Notes: generated by a model from the letters alone, not told the origin. A stretch of 64,000 bases of DNA from Candidatus Nomurabacteria bacterium (GCA_023898565.1 CP060228.1:432594-496593); one strand, 5' to 3'; counted from the first letter of the stretch, positions 36,671-45,870 are shown. Translations and numbers: made by a program.

Positions 36671-37351
36671 ATGGATGCAAAAGTATTTTCTAAAGACGGA
36701 AAAGAAACTGGCAAGGTAACCCTTCCAGAAGCAGTGTTCGGAGCTACCTGGAACCCAGATCTCGTACACGAAGTAGTTATCGGTATGCAGGCAAATGCCC
36801 GCGAAGGTAACGCTCACACCAAGGACCGCAGTGAAGTACGCGGTGGTGGTAAGAAGCCATGGAAGCAGAAGGGTACTGGTCGTGCACGTCACGGTTCACG
36901 TCGTTCTCCAATCTGGACAGGCGGAGGTGTCACCTTTGGTCCACGAAGTGAGAAGGATTACAGCGTAAAAATCAATAAAAAGGTGCGTGCTAAGGCACTG
37001 GCAAGCGTTCTTTCAAAGAAGCTCGCAGATGCTGAAGTAATCTTCGTTGATTCACTCGCAATGGAAGCTCCAAAAACTAAGGATGCGAAGTCTGTATTTG
37101 CAGCGATTGCTAACGGTTCAGGAAATGAAGCGATGGCGCGCAAGCGAAAGAATGCAGCAGTAGTACTCCTTGCAGAACGCAATCTTGCGACTGAAAAGAG
37201 TTTCCGCAACTTCGGTAATATCGAAGTAGTTCAAACTAAGGATGTTAACCCAGTTGATCTCCTTACTTACAAGTATGTAGTTGTAGCCGATGCAAATAGC
37301 TCAGTCGAGATTCTCGAAAAGCGTGTCGCTACCACTCCTAAGTCAAAGTAG
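36671..37351 (+). CDS. rplD: 50S ribosomal protein L4
   Basis: ...KPWKQKGTGRARHGS... is the L4 core. Confidence 0.9.
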   Translation: MDAKVFSKDGKETGKVTLPEAVFGATWNPDLVHEVVIGMQANAREGNAHTKDRSEVRGGGKKPWKQKGTGRARHGSRRSPIWTGGGVTFGPRSEKDYSVKINKKVRAKALASVLSKKLADAEVIFVDSLAMEAPKTKDAKSVFAAIANGSGNEAMARKRKNAAVVLLAERNLATEKSFRNFGNIEVVQTKDVNPVDLLTYKYVVVADANSSVEILEKRVATTPKSK

Positions 37352-37354
37352 TAT

Positions 37355-37729
37355 ATGGCTCTCTTTGGAAAGAAGAAAGAAACCAAGGACGAGAGCGTGG
37401 TTGAGAATAAGCCAGCCGTAGTTGCTCCAAAAGCGCTCGCGACTGACTACAACCTCGACGCGATCATCATTGCCCCTCGCCTGACTGAGAAGTCAGTGCA
37501 CATGGGAGAACAGAATGTGTACACCTTCAATGTGAAGCGTGATGCAACTAAGTTCCAGGTGCGTGATGCAATCAAAGCGCTCTACAACGTGACGCCGGTG
37601 AAGGTAAACATCGTCAACAAAAAGCCGGCATCGCGTCTTCAGGGAAGCCGCAACCGCATGAAGCACGTAGCAGGTCTCAAGAAGGCGTACGTGTATCTCA
37701 AGAAGGGTGACACTATTAACCTAGTGTAA
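37355..37729 (+). CDS. rplW: 50S ribosomal protein L23 (with N-terminal extension)
   Basis: ...KAYVYLKKGDTINLV is the L23 C-terminus. Position between rplD and rplB. Confidence 0.85.
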   Translation: MALFGKKKETKDESVVENKPAVVAPKALATDYNLDAIIIAPRLTEKSVHMGEQNVYTFNVKRDATKFQVRDAIKALYNVTPVKVNIVNKKPASRLQGSRNRMKHVAGLKKAYVYLKKGDTINLV

Positions 37730-37792
37730 TCCAAACTATTATCCGTTAGGAAGATAAGAATCATAGATTCACTAGTTTCTAACTAAACAGTT

Positions 37793-38653
37793 ATGAAGAA
37801 ATATAAACCAACCTCAGCCGGACGCCGCGATGGTTCCGTGATTGAGTATAAATTGAAGCTCTCAACGACCAAGAGCAATCCACTAAAGTCTCTTACCAAG
37901 GGTAAGAAAAGTACGGGTGGACGTAACAGCGCTGGTCGTATCACCAATCACTACCGTGGTGGTGGAAACAAGCGCACGTATCGTGAAATTGACTTCAAGT
38001 TCAATAAGAAGAATATTCCAGCCAAGGTAGAAACAATCGAGTACGATCCATTCCGTTCAGGATTTATCGCACTTGTGTGTTACGCAGACGGTGAACGCCG
38101 GTACATCCTTGCGCCGCAGGATCTCGAAGTTGGTTCTGAAATTATCGTTTCAGAAACCGCTAAGGTAAAGACAGGAAACCGTCTCCCGCTTGCAGCTATC
38201 CCTGTTGGTACCTTCGTGTATAACGTAGAAATCAACCCAGGAGCAGGCGCAAAGCTCGGCCGCTCAGCTGGTAACGCTATCGAAGTGGTAGCGCAGGACA
38301 GCAAGCACACCACGCTTAAGATGCCATCATCTGAAATCCGCAAAGTACTAAACTCTGCCTGGGCATCAGTTGGTTCAGTATCAAACGAAGAGTACCGTTT
38401 GGTATCGATTGGTAAGGCCGGTCGCGCGCGACACATGGGGCTTCGTCCGAAGAACCGTGGTAGCGCTCGTAACGCGGTGGACCACCCACATGGAGGTGGT
38501 GAAGGACGCGCTCCGCGAGGACATCGTCGCGCACGAACCAAGCAGGGTCGTCCTACTGGAAAGGGTCAGAAGACTCGTTCACCAAAGAAGTACTCAAACA
38601 AGCTTATCGTATCTCGCCGCAAGCCTGGAAAGCTCATGCGGAGCGGGAAGTAA
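37793..38653 (+). CDS. rplB: 50S ribosomal protein L2
   Basis: ...GRNSAGRITNHYRGGG... and HPHGGGEGR are L2 signatures. Confidence 0.92.
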   Translation: MKKYKPTSAGRRDGSVIEYKLKLSTTKSNPLKSLTKGKKSTGGRNSAGRITNHYRGGGNKRTYREIDFKFNKKNIPAKVETIEYDPFRSGFIALVCYADGERRYILAPQDLEVGSEIIVSETAKVKTGNRLPLAAIPVGTFVYNVEINPGAGAKLGRSAGNAIEVVAQDSKHTTLKMPSSEIRKVLNSAWASVGSVSNEEYRLVSIGKAGRARHMGLRPKNRGSARNAVDHPHGGGEGRAPRGHRRARTKQGRPTGKGQKTRSPKKYSNKLIVSRRKPGKLMRSGK

Positions 38654-38655
38654 AC

Positions 38656-38690
38656 ATGAAAAAACTCGGCAACTGCCGAGTTTTTTCATG
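38656..38690 (+). terminator. Perfect-palindrome terminator after rplB
   Basis: CATGAAAAAACTCGGCA-ACT-GCCGAGTTTTTTCATG. Confidence 0.7.
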
Positions 38691-38858
38691 TTTAGCAGCT
38701 GCCCTGCGGCAGCCGCGTGCTTCTTGCTCGACCGCAGGCATATTTCGAGTGCCTTCCTAGCGCGATAAATGGCTGAGGTGGAGTAGCAGGTACTTAGTAG
38801 ATTGTGAGCAAAGCGAAACAGTTTACTTAGTAACCTGTGACGCGGGAAGTAAAGAATA

Positions 38859-38886
38859 AAAATCCAGCTTCGGCTGGATTTATTTA
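38859..38886 (+). terminator. Terminator ending a ~170-nt non-coding stretch after rplB
   Basis: AAAAATCCAGC-TTCG-GCTGGATTTATTT. Confidence 0.5.
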
Positions 38887-38998
38887 ACGATACTGCTAGG
38901 TTGCTACCGTTTCTGGTTGATTCCTGTGTGTTTTACTAAGGTTATTGTGTGCCACCCTGTAGCATCATGTATAATAGTATCGTACGTAATAAATTTCT

Positions 38999-39343
38999 AT
39001 GGAAGAAACGCACCAGCCAGAAGAAGTTAAACCAACTCAACACACGTTAGTTTATGTAGGCGTAGTCCTCTCTTTGTTACTAATTATTTTACTGGTGTCT
39101 TTGTTTGCTCGGTACAAATCAACTCAGCTAATCATGCCTGCTGTCAGTACACCCGCTGAGTCTGAGGCAGATTTAGTGCAAAAGCAGCTAGAAATCCTCG
39201 AAAAAAATAATGCCAGTGTAGAAAAAATCTCAGATGACATCTATTTGGAGAAAGACGATGAGTTGCGAGCACAACAGTCTCCACCTGAGGTTGACTCAGT
39301 AGAAATTGAAACGCAGCTACAACTATTAGAAAAAAATAATTAA
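38999..39343 (+). CDS. Membrane-anchored small coiled-coil protein
   Basis: TM helix LVYVGVVLSLLLIILLVSLF. QLEILEKNN motif repeated at both ends. TATAAT -10 box at about 38972. Confidence 0.45.
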   Translation: MEETHQPEEVKPTQHTLVYVGVVLSLLLIILLVSLFARYKSTQLIMPAVSTPAESEADLVQKQLEILEKNNASVEKISDDIYLEKDDELRAQQSPPEVDSVEIETQLQLLEKNN

Positions 39344-39348
39344 AATCT

Positions 39349-39837
39349 ATGACCAAAAAACACTTTTCATACGCATTTCTTGGATTATTGGTGGGGGTCC
39401 TCATGAGTACTTCAGTGCAATATTTGGTTGCATGGACTGCGCCAACAGATGCTCCTCCGAATGCAAACGTTTTACCGCCAATTACAGCCGGTTCATTGGC
39501 GACATATCAAACGCGCGGAGGTGGCCTTGGTTTGACGGGGTCAGTTAACGTCTCTAATGCAGGAGGACAGGATAATCGGGTGTCAGCCCCAAAAGTATGT
39601 ATTAATAACGACGGAAGCGATACGAACTGCATCACTGATTGGAGTGACATTTCAGGTAGCACAGTTGCTCCCGGCGCTTATGCGGGAACATATGTCTTGT
39701 ACACAGGAGGCGGCTGTTATTTGAAAAATAGATTCAGCAATGCATGTTCGTGCCCAAGCGGCTTTTCAAGCCACTATGTGATGACTATTGATAATAGCTC
39801 GAATAGCTATAATTTGTTTGATTGTTGGGGTAGCTAA
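39349..39837 (+). CDS. Secreted Cys-rich hypothetical protein
   Basis: Signal/TM FSYAFLGLLVGVLMSTSV. Eight Cys in paired motifs. ATG 6 nt after the upstream stop. Confidence 0.45.
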   Translation: MTKKHFSYAFLGLLVGVLMSTSVQYLVAWTAPTDAPPNANVLPPITAGSLATYQTRGGGLGLTGSVNVSNAGGQDNRVSAPKVCINNDGSDTNCITDWSDISGSTVAPGAYAGTYVLYTGGGCYLKNRFSNACSCPSGFSSHYVMTIDNSSNSYNLFDCWGS

Positions 39838-39937
39838 GCAACCTAAATTCGCACAGTAAAAAACTGCCTGTAGGCAGTTTTTTACTGTGCGTTTAATGAT
39901 GTTACAATAGTAGCAATAATCGTTAATTATTGAGTGT

Positions 39938-41398
39938 ATGAATGTGTCTTTAAAAATTCAACAGTTTAGTCTTGGGGCAATCGCCATAGCACTTGCACTT
40001 ATCGCTGTGCCGTTTGGTGCGTCGGCACAAACTGGCCAGTGTTCATTTGGACAAACGCTCGACATGGGAGTGATTGATGAGAGCGTGCGTTGTCTTCAGG
40101 AGTACCTCAATGAGCGTGGATTTACTGTTGCGGAAGAGGGTCCTGGCTCCAAAGGAAACGAAACCAATAAATACGGTTTGTTGACTGAAGCAGCCGTAAA
40201 GAAGTGGCAGGAAGCCAAAGGGGTTAGTCCAGCGAGCGGGGTCTTTGGTCCAAAGTCTCAGGCTGCGTATCTCATTGACTTGGTTGCAGTGCTTAAGGAG
40301 CAGAAAGCCGAGCAGCTGGCAGTGGCGACCGTAGTTACTCCAACTTCAGTCACCCCTCCAGCTCCGCAAGTCGCAGGGGTATCAACATACGCTAAGAGTC
40401 AGACTCAAAAAGATTCTGAGAAAGGAATCAGTGATGCGATGAGCATGATTATCGATGCGTTTGAAGAGCTTGACGATTTGCGTGAGGACGACCCTGACGA
40501 AGCGACTGATATAGATGCTGATGTGCGAGATGCGATTGAAACACTTTTTGATGCTTTACAACAGTATTTTGATGAGGATTATGCAAGCGCGGAGGAATCC
40601 GCACTTGATGCGCTCGCTGATGCAACAGACTCTTTTGAAGATGCTGGTGGGGAATCTGATGCGAGTAAGGCAGAAGATACGCTTGATGATGTAGAAGATT
40701 TGTACGACGACGTCCTAGATCTTTTTGAAGAAGCGGAAGATGATGGTGCCGATACGGGTGACGCTGAAGACTTGCTCGATGATGCGCGAGACTTGCTCGA
40801 TGATGCGCAAGATGCCTTTGATAATCGTGTGTATCGTCAGGCAATCAGTGATGCCCTTGATGCGGAGGAGCTGCTAGAAGATGCAGAGGACGAGATTGAT
40901 CTCATATCAGATAAAGATGCTGAGAGTTATGTTGAAGACGTGTGGGATGACCTCGCTGAAGCAGAAGATGAAATTGATGAAGCAGAGGATGACGGAGAAG
41001 ATGTTGACGATGCATGGGGCTACTTTGATGATGCAGAGCGAAAACTAAAGAAGGCTGATATTGCGATTGACGACGAGGATTACGCTGACGCTGTTGAGTA
41101 TGCTAAGGACGCTAAAGATTTGATTGAAGAGGCACTTGATGCGATTGGCGGAGTAGATGACGAAGCAGACGCAGAAGAGGCAATTGATGACGCCTGGGAT
41201 GAATACAAGGATGCGCGTGACGAAATCCGCGACGCTGAAGATGATGATGACGTCGATGACGCCTGGGATTATCTGGATGAAGCTAAGGATCTGCTTAATG
41301 ACGCTGAAGATGCGTTTGACGACGAAGATTACGATGAAGTAATGGACTTGGTTGATGAGGCGCTTGATGCAATTGAAGATGCGCTCGATGAGCTGTAA
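39938..41398 (+). CDS. Secreted protein with a PG_binding_1 domain and a ~330-aa extremely acidic repeat region
   Basis: Signal peptide. G..LDMGVIDESVRCLQEYLNERGF...YGLLTEAAVKKWQEAKGV matches the putative peptidoglycan-binding domain. Then ~45-aa Asp/Glu/Ala repeats (DDAWDYLDEAKDLL..DDEDYDEV..EALDAIEDALDEL). Confidence 0.55.
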   Translation: MNVSLKIQQFSLGAIAIALALIAVPFGASAQTGQCSFGQTLDMGVIDESVRCLQEYLNERGFTVAEEGPGSKGNETNKYGLLTEAAVKKWQEAKGVSPASGVFGPKSQAAYLIDLVAVLKEQKAEQLAVATVVTPTSVTPPAPQVAGVSTYAKSQTQKDSEKGISDAMSMIIDAFEELDDLREDDPDEATDIDADVRDAIETLFDALQQYFDEDYASAEESALDALADATDSFEDAGGESDASKAEDTLDDVEDLYDDVLDLFEEAEDDGADTGDAEDLLDDARDLLDDAQDAFDNRVYRQAISDALDAEELLEDAEDEIDLISDKDAESYVEDVWDDLAEAEDEIDEAEDDGEDVDDAWGYFDDAERKLKKADIAIDDEDYADAVEYAKDAKDLIEEALDAIGGVDDEADAEEAIDDAWDEYKDARDEIRDAEDDDDVDDAWDYLDEAKDLLNDAEDAFDDEDYDEVMDLVDEALDAIEDALDEL

Positions 41399-41408
41399 GA
41401 GGTAGAAT

Positions 41409-41445
41409 ACAAAAGGGCGCCCGCGAAGCGGGCGCCCTTTTGTAT
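41409..41445. terminator. Bidirectional terminator
   Basis: ACAAAAGGGCGCCCGC-GAAG-CGGGCGCCCTTTTGT. Confidence 0.7.
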
Positions 41446-41451
41446 TTAATT

Positions 41452-41769
41452 TTAGGTACCAGGTTTTCGTTCTCTCTCTTTAAAGACAAACTCGCGCAAT
41501 TTTTTGCTGGCTTTAAGCTCAGCAAAAATCTGACGCGGGTTGAGACTGGTGTGTACCGCGACCTTCTGCGTGCTCTGTCCGCTGATAATAAGCTCAAAGC
41601 CGGCGGTAGTATAGACACACGTCACAAATCTCCCCTTGGCACTACGGCTATTGGTGCGGATTTCGCCTGGCGCAATCATTTTAATACCGGTAATACGTTC
41701 AAGTTCGCGCACGACCAAATCGGCGGTTTCAGTGAGTGTTGAATGTTCGCGGCCACGCGCTTTTGCCAT
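41452..41769 (-). CDS. Small hypothetical basic protein (possible nucleic-acid binding)
   Basis: 105 aa, Lys/Arg-rich. An HU/IHF-like call was considered but the motifs do not fit. Confidence 0.35.
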   Translation of the reverse strand: MAKARGREHSTLTETADLVVRELERITGIKMIAPGEIRTNSRSAKGRFVTCVYTTAGFELIISGQSTQKVAVHTSLNPRQIFAELKASKKLREFVFKERERKPGT

Positions 41770-41802
41770 GTGTATGTAGCCTAACAGACAAAGTCAAAAA
41801 AG

Positions 41803-41840
41803 AAAAAGCCGGAAGCGCAAAGCGCTTCCGGCCAGAGTTT
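41803..41840 (-). terminator. Terminator
   Basis: AAAAAGCCGGAAGCGC-AAA-GCGCTTCCGGC. T-run on the minus strand. Confidence 0.6.
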
Positions 41841-42304
41841 TAACATCCTTCACAAGGCAAATTTTGCTCACGACCAGTTTTCCCGAGAATCGAGTAATCA
41901 TCAGGATTAAGCGACAAGAGCTGGTCTAAAATCTGCCCGCAGAAATTTGGTTCGTCGTAGAGAGCGACGAATTCTGCCTCAGTATCACCATTGTATTGGA
42001 TACTCTGAAGTTCTTGTTCAGAAAGCGCGTTGTGCTTAATGGCATAGGCCAAGGCTGCTGGTGAGAGGATGTGGTCAGGACAAGGGTTTATTCTTATATT
42101 AGCTTTGCCAACAACCTTGATTTGCTTGTCGATCATGTCAAGTAGTTTTGCTCTTGAGATAAAACCTGCTTGTATACAGAGGTTTAAAAACCTCGCCGAT
42201 CCATGTGCCCAGCCTGGTGTTGAAGCTGCAGTTTCAAGGAATGACAGGTCGCTTACCAGTTCTGAAACAATGGTTTCTATGCGTTGCTTCAAACTTTGTT
42301 TCAT
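41840..42304 (-). CDS. Hypothetical protein (CPDH ... CEGC cysteines)
   Basis: AAGGAGGAG RBS directly upstream of ATG 42304 (MKQSLKQ...). The track's longer start would run through the leader hairpin. Confidence 0.4.
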   Translation of the reverse strand: MKQSLKQRIETIVSELVSDLSFLETAASTPGWAHGSARFLNLCIQAGFISRAKLLDMIDKQIKVVGKANIRINPCPDHILSPAALAYAIKHNALSEQELQSIQYNGDTEAEFVALYDEPNFCGQILDQLLSLNPDDYSILGKTGREQNLPCEGC

Positions 42305-42371
42305 GATGCTCCTCCTTGTGTGTTGTACAAAAAACTGTTTGCAGGGTACTGGTATATCAAGATAATTGCAA

Positions 42372-42398
42372 ATGCCCGGCTCGCTTCGCGAGCCGGGC
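42372..42398 (-). promoter_or_regulatory. Leader hairpin about 70 nt upstream of the 41840..42304 gene
   Basis: GCCCGGCTCGC-GAAG-CGAGCCGGGC on the minus strand. Confidence 0.35.
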
Positions 42399-42505
42399 AC
42401 CATTCCCACATTCACGTTATTACGTTATTATTGACATTTTCATATTTTGTGATATTTTAAAATAAACAGAAGTCCTTCATTTTTTCAAATCTACGGAGAA
42501 TACCA

Positions 42506-42685
42506 ATGACTCGTTTGCTTCTCATCCTGCTCATCATCGTCGGAGGTGGTGCACTGACCCTGATCATCGACAGCGGCATTGGTGTAAACTTCGATGAGTA
42601 CAGTTCACTCCAGAACATAATCCACAGGGTCGCCTATATGATGTATGGGGCTGCAACCGCTTGGGCAATCTGGTGGAAAAAGTAA
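42506..42685 (+). CDS. 59-aa small membrane protein (not in ORF track)
   Basis: MTRLLLILLIIVGGGALTLIID...AAWAIWWKK. ACGGAGAA RBS. TTGACA - 16 nt - TATTTT promoter-like sequence upstream. Two hairpins follow the stop. Confidence 0.4.
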   Translation: MTRLLLILLIIVGGGALTLIIDSGIGVNFDEYSSLQNIIHRVAYMMYGAATAWAIWWKK

Positions 42686-42740
42686 ATGCCATTTTACAAT
42701 GGCATCAGAGGGGCTATCTTTCGAGATAGCCCTTTCCCTG
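42686..42740 (+). terminator. Tandem hairpins after the small membrane-protein gene
   Basis: ATGCCATT-TTACA-ATGGCAT and AGAGGGGCTATC-TTTCGA-GATAGCCCTTTCCCTGTTTTC. Confidence 0.5.
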
Positions 42741-43185
42741 TTTTCAGTAACAAAATCTCGCAATACCTGAATACTACTTTTGACACTTCCTCTCTTTGAT
42801 ATTGACTTTCCTCAATATTTCCGGTATTCTCATGCCGTTCCAACCTCAAGTCCTAACCCTGGCAGGCTAGGCACGAAAGAAAGAACGAAGTAGGTGACCA
42901 CAAGAGCAGTCTGGCCGTTACTGGACTGCTCGGGAATCTCACAAGCCGCCACTGACGGTGCGTATGCACTACCTACAAGCGGTATTTATTCACAACAAAA
43001 TAAAACTGAATGAGGTGGTTTTTTTGAATCATCACATTCGGGGTCTAAATTCAAAGAAAACTGGTTAGGCTGGATGAAATGCGCGGAGGAGTGAGGTGGG
43101 CGCGAGGAGCGGTACACATGTACCGTGACGAGCGCCCGGCCACTCCGACAAAGCAGTTCGCCAGACTGGCTAGTTTGTAGGACAT

Positions 43186-43515
43186 ATGTCTAGATCATTG
43201 TATAAAGGGCCAAACGTAGACGAACGACTTCTCAAGAAGATCGCTGGGAAAAAGCCAACTGAAGCCGGTGTCATCAAGACCTGGGCTCGTGGTTCAGTAA
43301 TCTCGCCTGAGATGGTTGGGTTTACCTTTGGTGTACACAACGGGCGCGACCACATCGAGGTCCTCGTTGCAGAAGAAATGGTGGGCCACAAGTTTGGTGA
43401 ATTCTCACCAACGAAGAAGTTCTGGCGCCACGGAGGTAAGATGCAGAAGGAACTTGATCAGAAGAAGAAGGAGGCTGAAATTGCAGCTGCTAAGGCTGCT
43501 AAGGCTAACGGTTAA
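43186..43515 (+). CDS. rpsS: 30S ribosomal protein S19
   Basis: [16 protein letters not shown]...[27 protein letters not shown] is the S19 core. Has a Lys/Ala-rich C-terminal tail. Confidence 0.9.
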   Translation: MSRSLYKGPNVDERLLKKIAGKKPTEAGVIKTWARGSVISPEMVGFTFGVHNGRDHIEVLVAEEMVGHKFGEFSPTKKFWRHGGKMQKELDQKKKEAEIAAAKAAKANG

Positions 43516-43529
43516 TCAGTACGATATAT

Positions 43530-43856
43530 ATGAAAGCAATTCTCAAAAACTATCGTCAGTCACCACGTAAGGTTCGTCTTATTGCCGACCTCGTGCGCGG
43601 CAAGAAGGCCGCTGATGCCCTCACAGCCCTCAACTTCGTAGACAAGCGCGCAGCTGGTCCATTTGCAAAGGTAATTGCGTCAGCAATTGCGAACGCAAAG
43701 CAGGCTGGTGCAAAGGAAGAAAATCTTTTCATCAAGTCAGTGCAGGTAAACAAAGCACCGACCATGAAGCGCTTTATGCCACGAGCTCGTGGTTCTGCAT
43801 CACGTATTAACAAGCGTAACAGTCACATCTCAGTCGAACTCGGCGAGAAGAAATAA
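43530..43856 (+). CDS. rplV: 50S ribosomal protein L22
   Basis: MKAILKNYRQSPRKVRLIADLVRGKKAADAL is the L22 N-terminus. Confidence 0.9.
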   Translation: MKAILKNYRQSPRKVRLIADLVRGKKAADALTALNFVDKRAAGPFAKVIASAIANAKQAGAKEENLFIKSVQVNKAPTMKRFMPRARGSASRINKRNSHISVELGEKK

Positions 43857-43860
43857 GGAT

Positions 43861-44568
43861 ATGACACACGTAGCACATCCATACGTTCAGCGCATCGGTG
43901 TAAACCGCGACTGGAAGAGCCGATGGTTCACCACTAGTCCGGAAAAATTCCGAGAGTACCTCCGTGTTGACGCAGCGCTCCGCAAGATGCTCAAGAAGCG
44001 TCTCAAGGGCATGTCAGTCGACAGCGTTGAGATTGAACGTAGCGAAAAGGATATTCGCATTATTATCAAAACTGCTCGACCAGGTCTTATCATCGGTCGC
44101 AGTGGTGATGGTATCAATCAGCTTCGAAAGGAAATCGATCTCTTCTTGCGCAAGCAGAAGATGACCGACAAGCCTGAACTTAAGATTGATGTTGAAGAAG
44201 TTCGTTCACCAGAGTCATCGGCTCGCATTGTGGGTCAGATGATTTCAGAAGGACTTGAAAAGCGTCTTACGTTTCGTCGTGTGATGAAGCAGACGATTGA
44301 AAAAGTAATGGCTAACCGCGATGTAAAGGGTGTTCGTATCATCCTTTCTGGTCGACTCGGCGGTGCAGATATGGCACGCAAGGAAGAGCTCAAGAAGGGG
44401 AATATTCCACTTCAGACCCTCCGCGCAGACATTGATTTCGCTCGTGTAGAAGCAAACCTTCCATACGGTGTAATCGGTATCAAGGTATGGATTTACCGCG
44501 GCGATGTTTTCACAGACCGAAAGGCTGGAAAGCAGGAGACAGAAGCGCGCCCTAATCGAACTCGATAA
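43861..44568 (+). CDS. rpsC: 30S ribosomal protein S3
   Basis: VAHPYVQRIGVNRDWKSRWF... and ...SGRLGGADMARKE... are S3 signatures. ATG 43861 (the track start overlaps rplV). Confidence 0.9.
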   Translation: MTHVAHPYVQRIGVNRDWKSRWFTTSPEKFREYLRVDAALRKMLKKRLKGMSVDSVEIERSEKDIRIIIKTARPGLIIGRSGDGINQLRKEIDLFLRKQKMTDKPELKIDVEEVRSPESSARIVGQMISEGLEKRLTFRRVMKQTIEKVMANRDVKGVRIILSGRLGGADMARKEELKKGNIPLQTLRADIDFARVEANLPYGVIGIKVWIYRGDVFTDRKAGKQETEARPNRTR

Positions 44569-44573
44569 CGCAT

Positions 44574-45008
44574 ATGTTATTTCCAAAGAAAGTAAAACAC
44601 CGAAAGTGGCAGACTAATCGCATCAGCGAAGAGCGCCGTAACCGACCTGACACTCGTGGTATCACGGTGTCTCATGGTGACTATGGTCTGCAGGCGACTT
44701 CAGCATCACGCGTGAAATCAAATCAGATTGAAGCGGCTCGTCGTGTGATTAGTCGAACTGTCGGTAAGACGGGGCGCGTTTGGATTCGTATTTTCCCAGA
44801 TCGACCAATTACCAAGAAGGCTGCAGAAGTGCCGATGGGTAAAGGTAAAGGAGATCCGGACCACTTCGTATTTGAAGTAAAGCCAGGTCGTATCCTCTTT
44901 GAGGTGACTGGTGCTACTGAAGACGTGGCTCGCGAGGCCTTTCGTAAGGCTTGCGCTAAGCTCCCATTACAAGGAAAACTCGTGCGTCGTGAAGATACAA
45001 AGGTGTAG
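44574..45008 (+). CDS. rplP: 50S ribosomal protein L16
   Basis: MLFPKKVKHRKWQ... and ...MGKGKGDPDHFVFEVKPGRILFEV are L16 signatures. Confidence 0.9.
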   Translation: MLFPKKVKHRKWQTNRISEERRNRPDTRGITVSHGDYGLQATSASRVKSNQIEAARRVISRTVGKTGRVWIRIFPDRPITKKAAEVPMGKGKGDPDHFVFEVKPGRILFEVTGATEDVAREAFRKACAKLPLQGKLVRREDTKV

Positions 45009-45036
45009 AGACACTTTGTATCGTGTGTAAATAAAA

Positions 45037-45243
45037 ATGTCTATGACAAAAATGGAAGATATTCGCAAGAAGTCAGATGCTGAACTTACCGACATGGTAA
45101 CGAAGGCTCGTCAGGCTATTCGCGAAGAGCGATTCAAGGATCAGTTTAGCCGCAAGGCTGGTGTGATCCGCGGTGCAAAAACCGAAATTGCTCGCACGCT
45201 CACTGAGCTCTCAGCTCGCCGCCGTAACCCACAAACGAAATAG
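45037..45243 (+). CDS. rpmC: 50S ribosomal protein L29
   Basis: 68 aa. Position between rplP and rpsQ. Helical. Confidence 0.8.
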   Translation: MSMTKMEDIRKKSDAELTDMVTKARQAIREERFKDQFSRKAGVIRGAKTEIARTLTELSARRRNPQTK

Positions 45244-45245
45244 TT

Positions 45246-45497
45246 ATGAGTACCGAACAAACCAGTAACGGTCGCGTGCTCCGTGGTACAGTGGTCGCAT
45301 CTAAGATGACCGACACCTGCACCGTTGCGGTAGAGCGATACGTGAAGCATCCAAAATACAAGAAGTTCATGCGCCGCACCAAGAAGTACTTGGTACACGA
45401 CGCAGGGAACACCGCCAAGGTAGGCGACAAGGTCGAAATTATCGAAACCCGCCCGATCTCAAAGCGTAAAACCTTTAAGCTCGTAACCAGCAAGTAG
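45246..45497 (+). CDS. rpsQ: 30S ribosomal protein S17
   Basis: RVLRGTVVASKMTDTCTVAVERYVKHPKYKKFMRRTKKY is the S17 core. Confidence 0.88.
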   Translation: MSTEQTSNGRVLRGTVVASKMTDTCTVAVERYVKHPKYKKFMRRTKKYLVHDAGNTAKVGDKVEIIETRPISKRKTFKLVTSK

Positions 45498-45498
45498 T

Positions 45499-45870
45499 AT
45501 GATTCAGCCACAGACAATCGTAAAAATCACCGACAACTCAGGTGGTAAGATCGGCCGAGTCTTCAAGGTACTTGGTGGATCTAAGAAGCGATATGCTGAG
45601 CTTGGAGAAATGGTAGTGCTCGCAGTACAAACTGCAGAGCCACGCAAGCCAGTAAAGAAGAAGGACGTTGTATACGGAGTGGTGGTGCGTCAGCGCAAGC
45701 CATTCCGCCGTAAGGACGGTTCATACGTGAGCTTTGACGACAACGCTGTAGTGCTTGTCGACAAGGAAAAGAAGGAACCAAAAGCCAACCGCGTTTTTGG
45801 TCCAATCCCACGTGAACTCGGTGATGCAGGTTATCAGAAAATCGTCTCACTTGCCCCAGAGGTAGTGTAG
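45499..45870 (+). CDS. rplN: 50S ribosomal protein L14
   Basis: MIQPQTIVKITDNSGGK... is the L14 N-terminus. Confidence 0.9.
   Translation: MIQPQTIVKITDNSGGKIGRVFKVLGGSKKRYAELGEMVVLAVQTAEPRKPVKKKDVVYGVVVRQRKPFRRKDGSYVSFDDNAVVLVDKEKKEPKANRVFGPIPRELGDAGYQKIVSLAPEVV

Noticed and set aside
41452-41769. HU/IHF-family call for the 105-aa basic protein
   Set aside because: The GFGxF...RxGRNPxTG beta-arm motif is absent. Only general basic character supports nucleic-acid binding.
43789-43860. Longer rpsC start overlapping rplV
   Set aside because: The extension is out of homology with S3. The ATG at 43861 gives the canonical S3 N-terminus right after the rplV stop.
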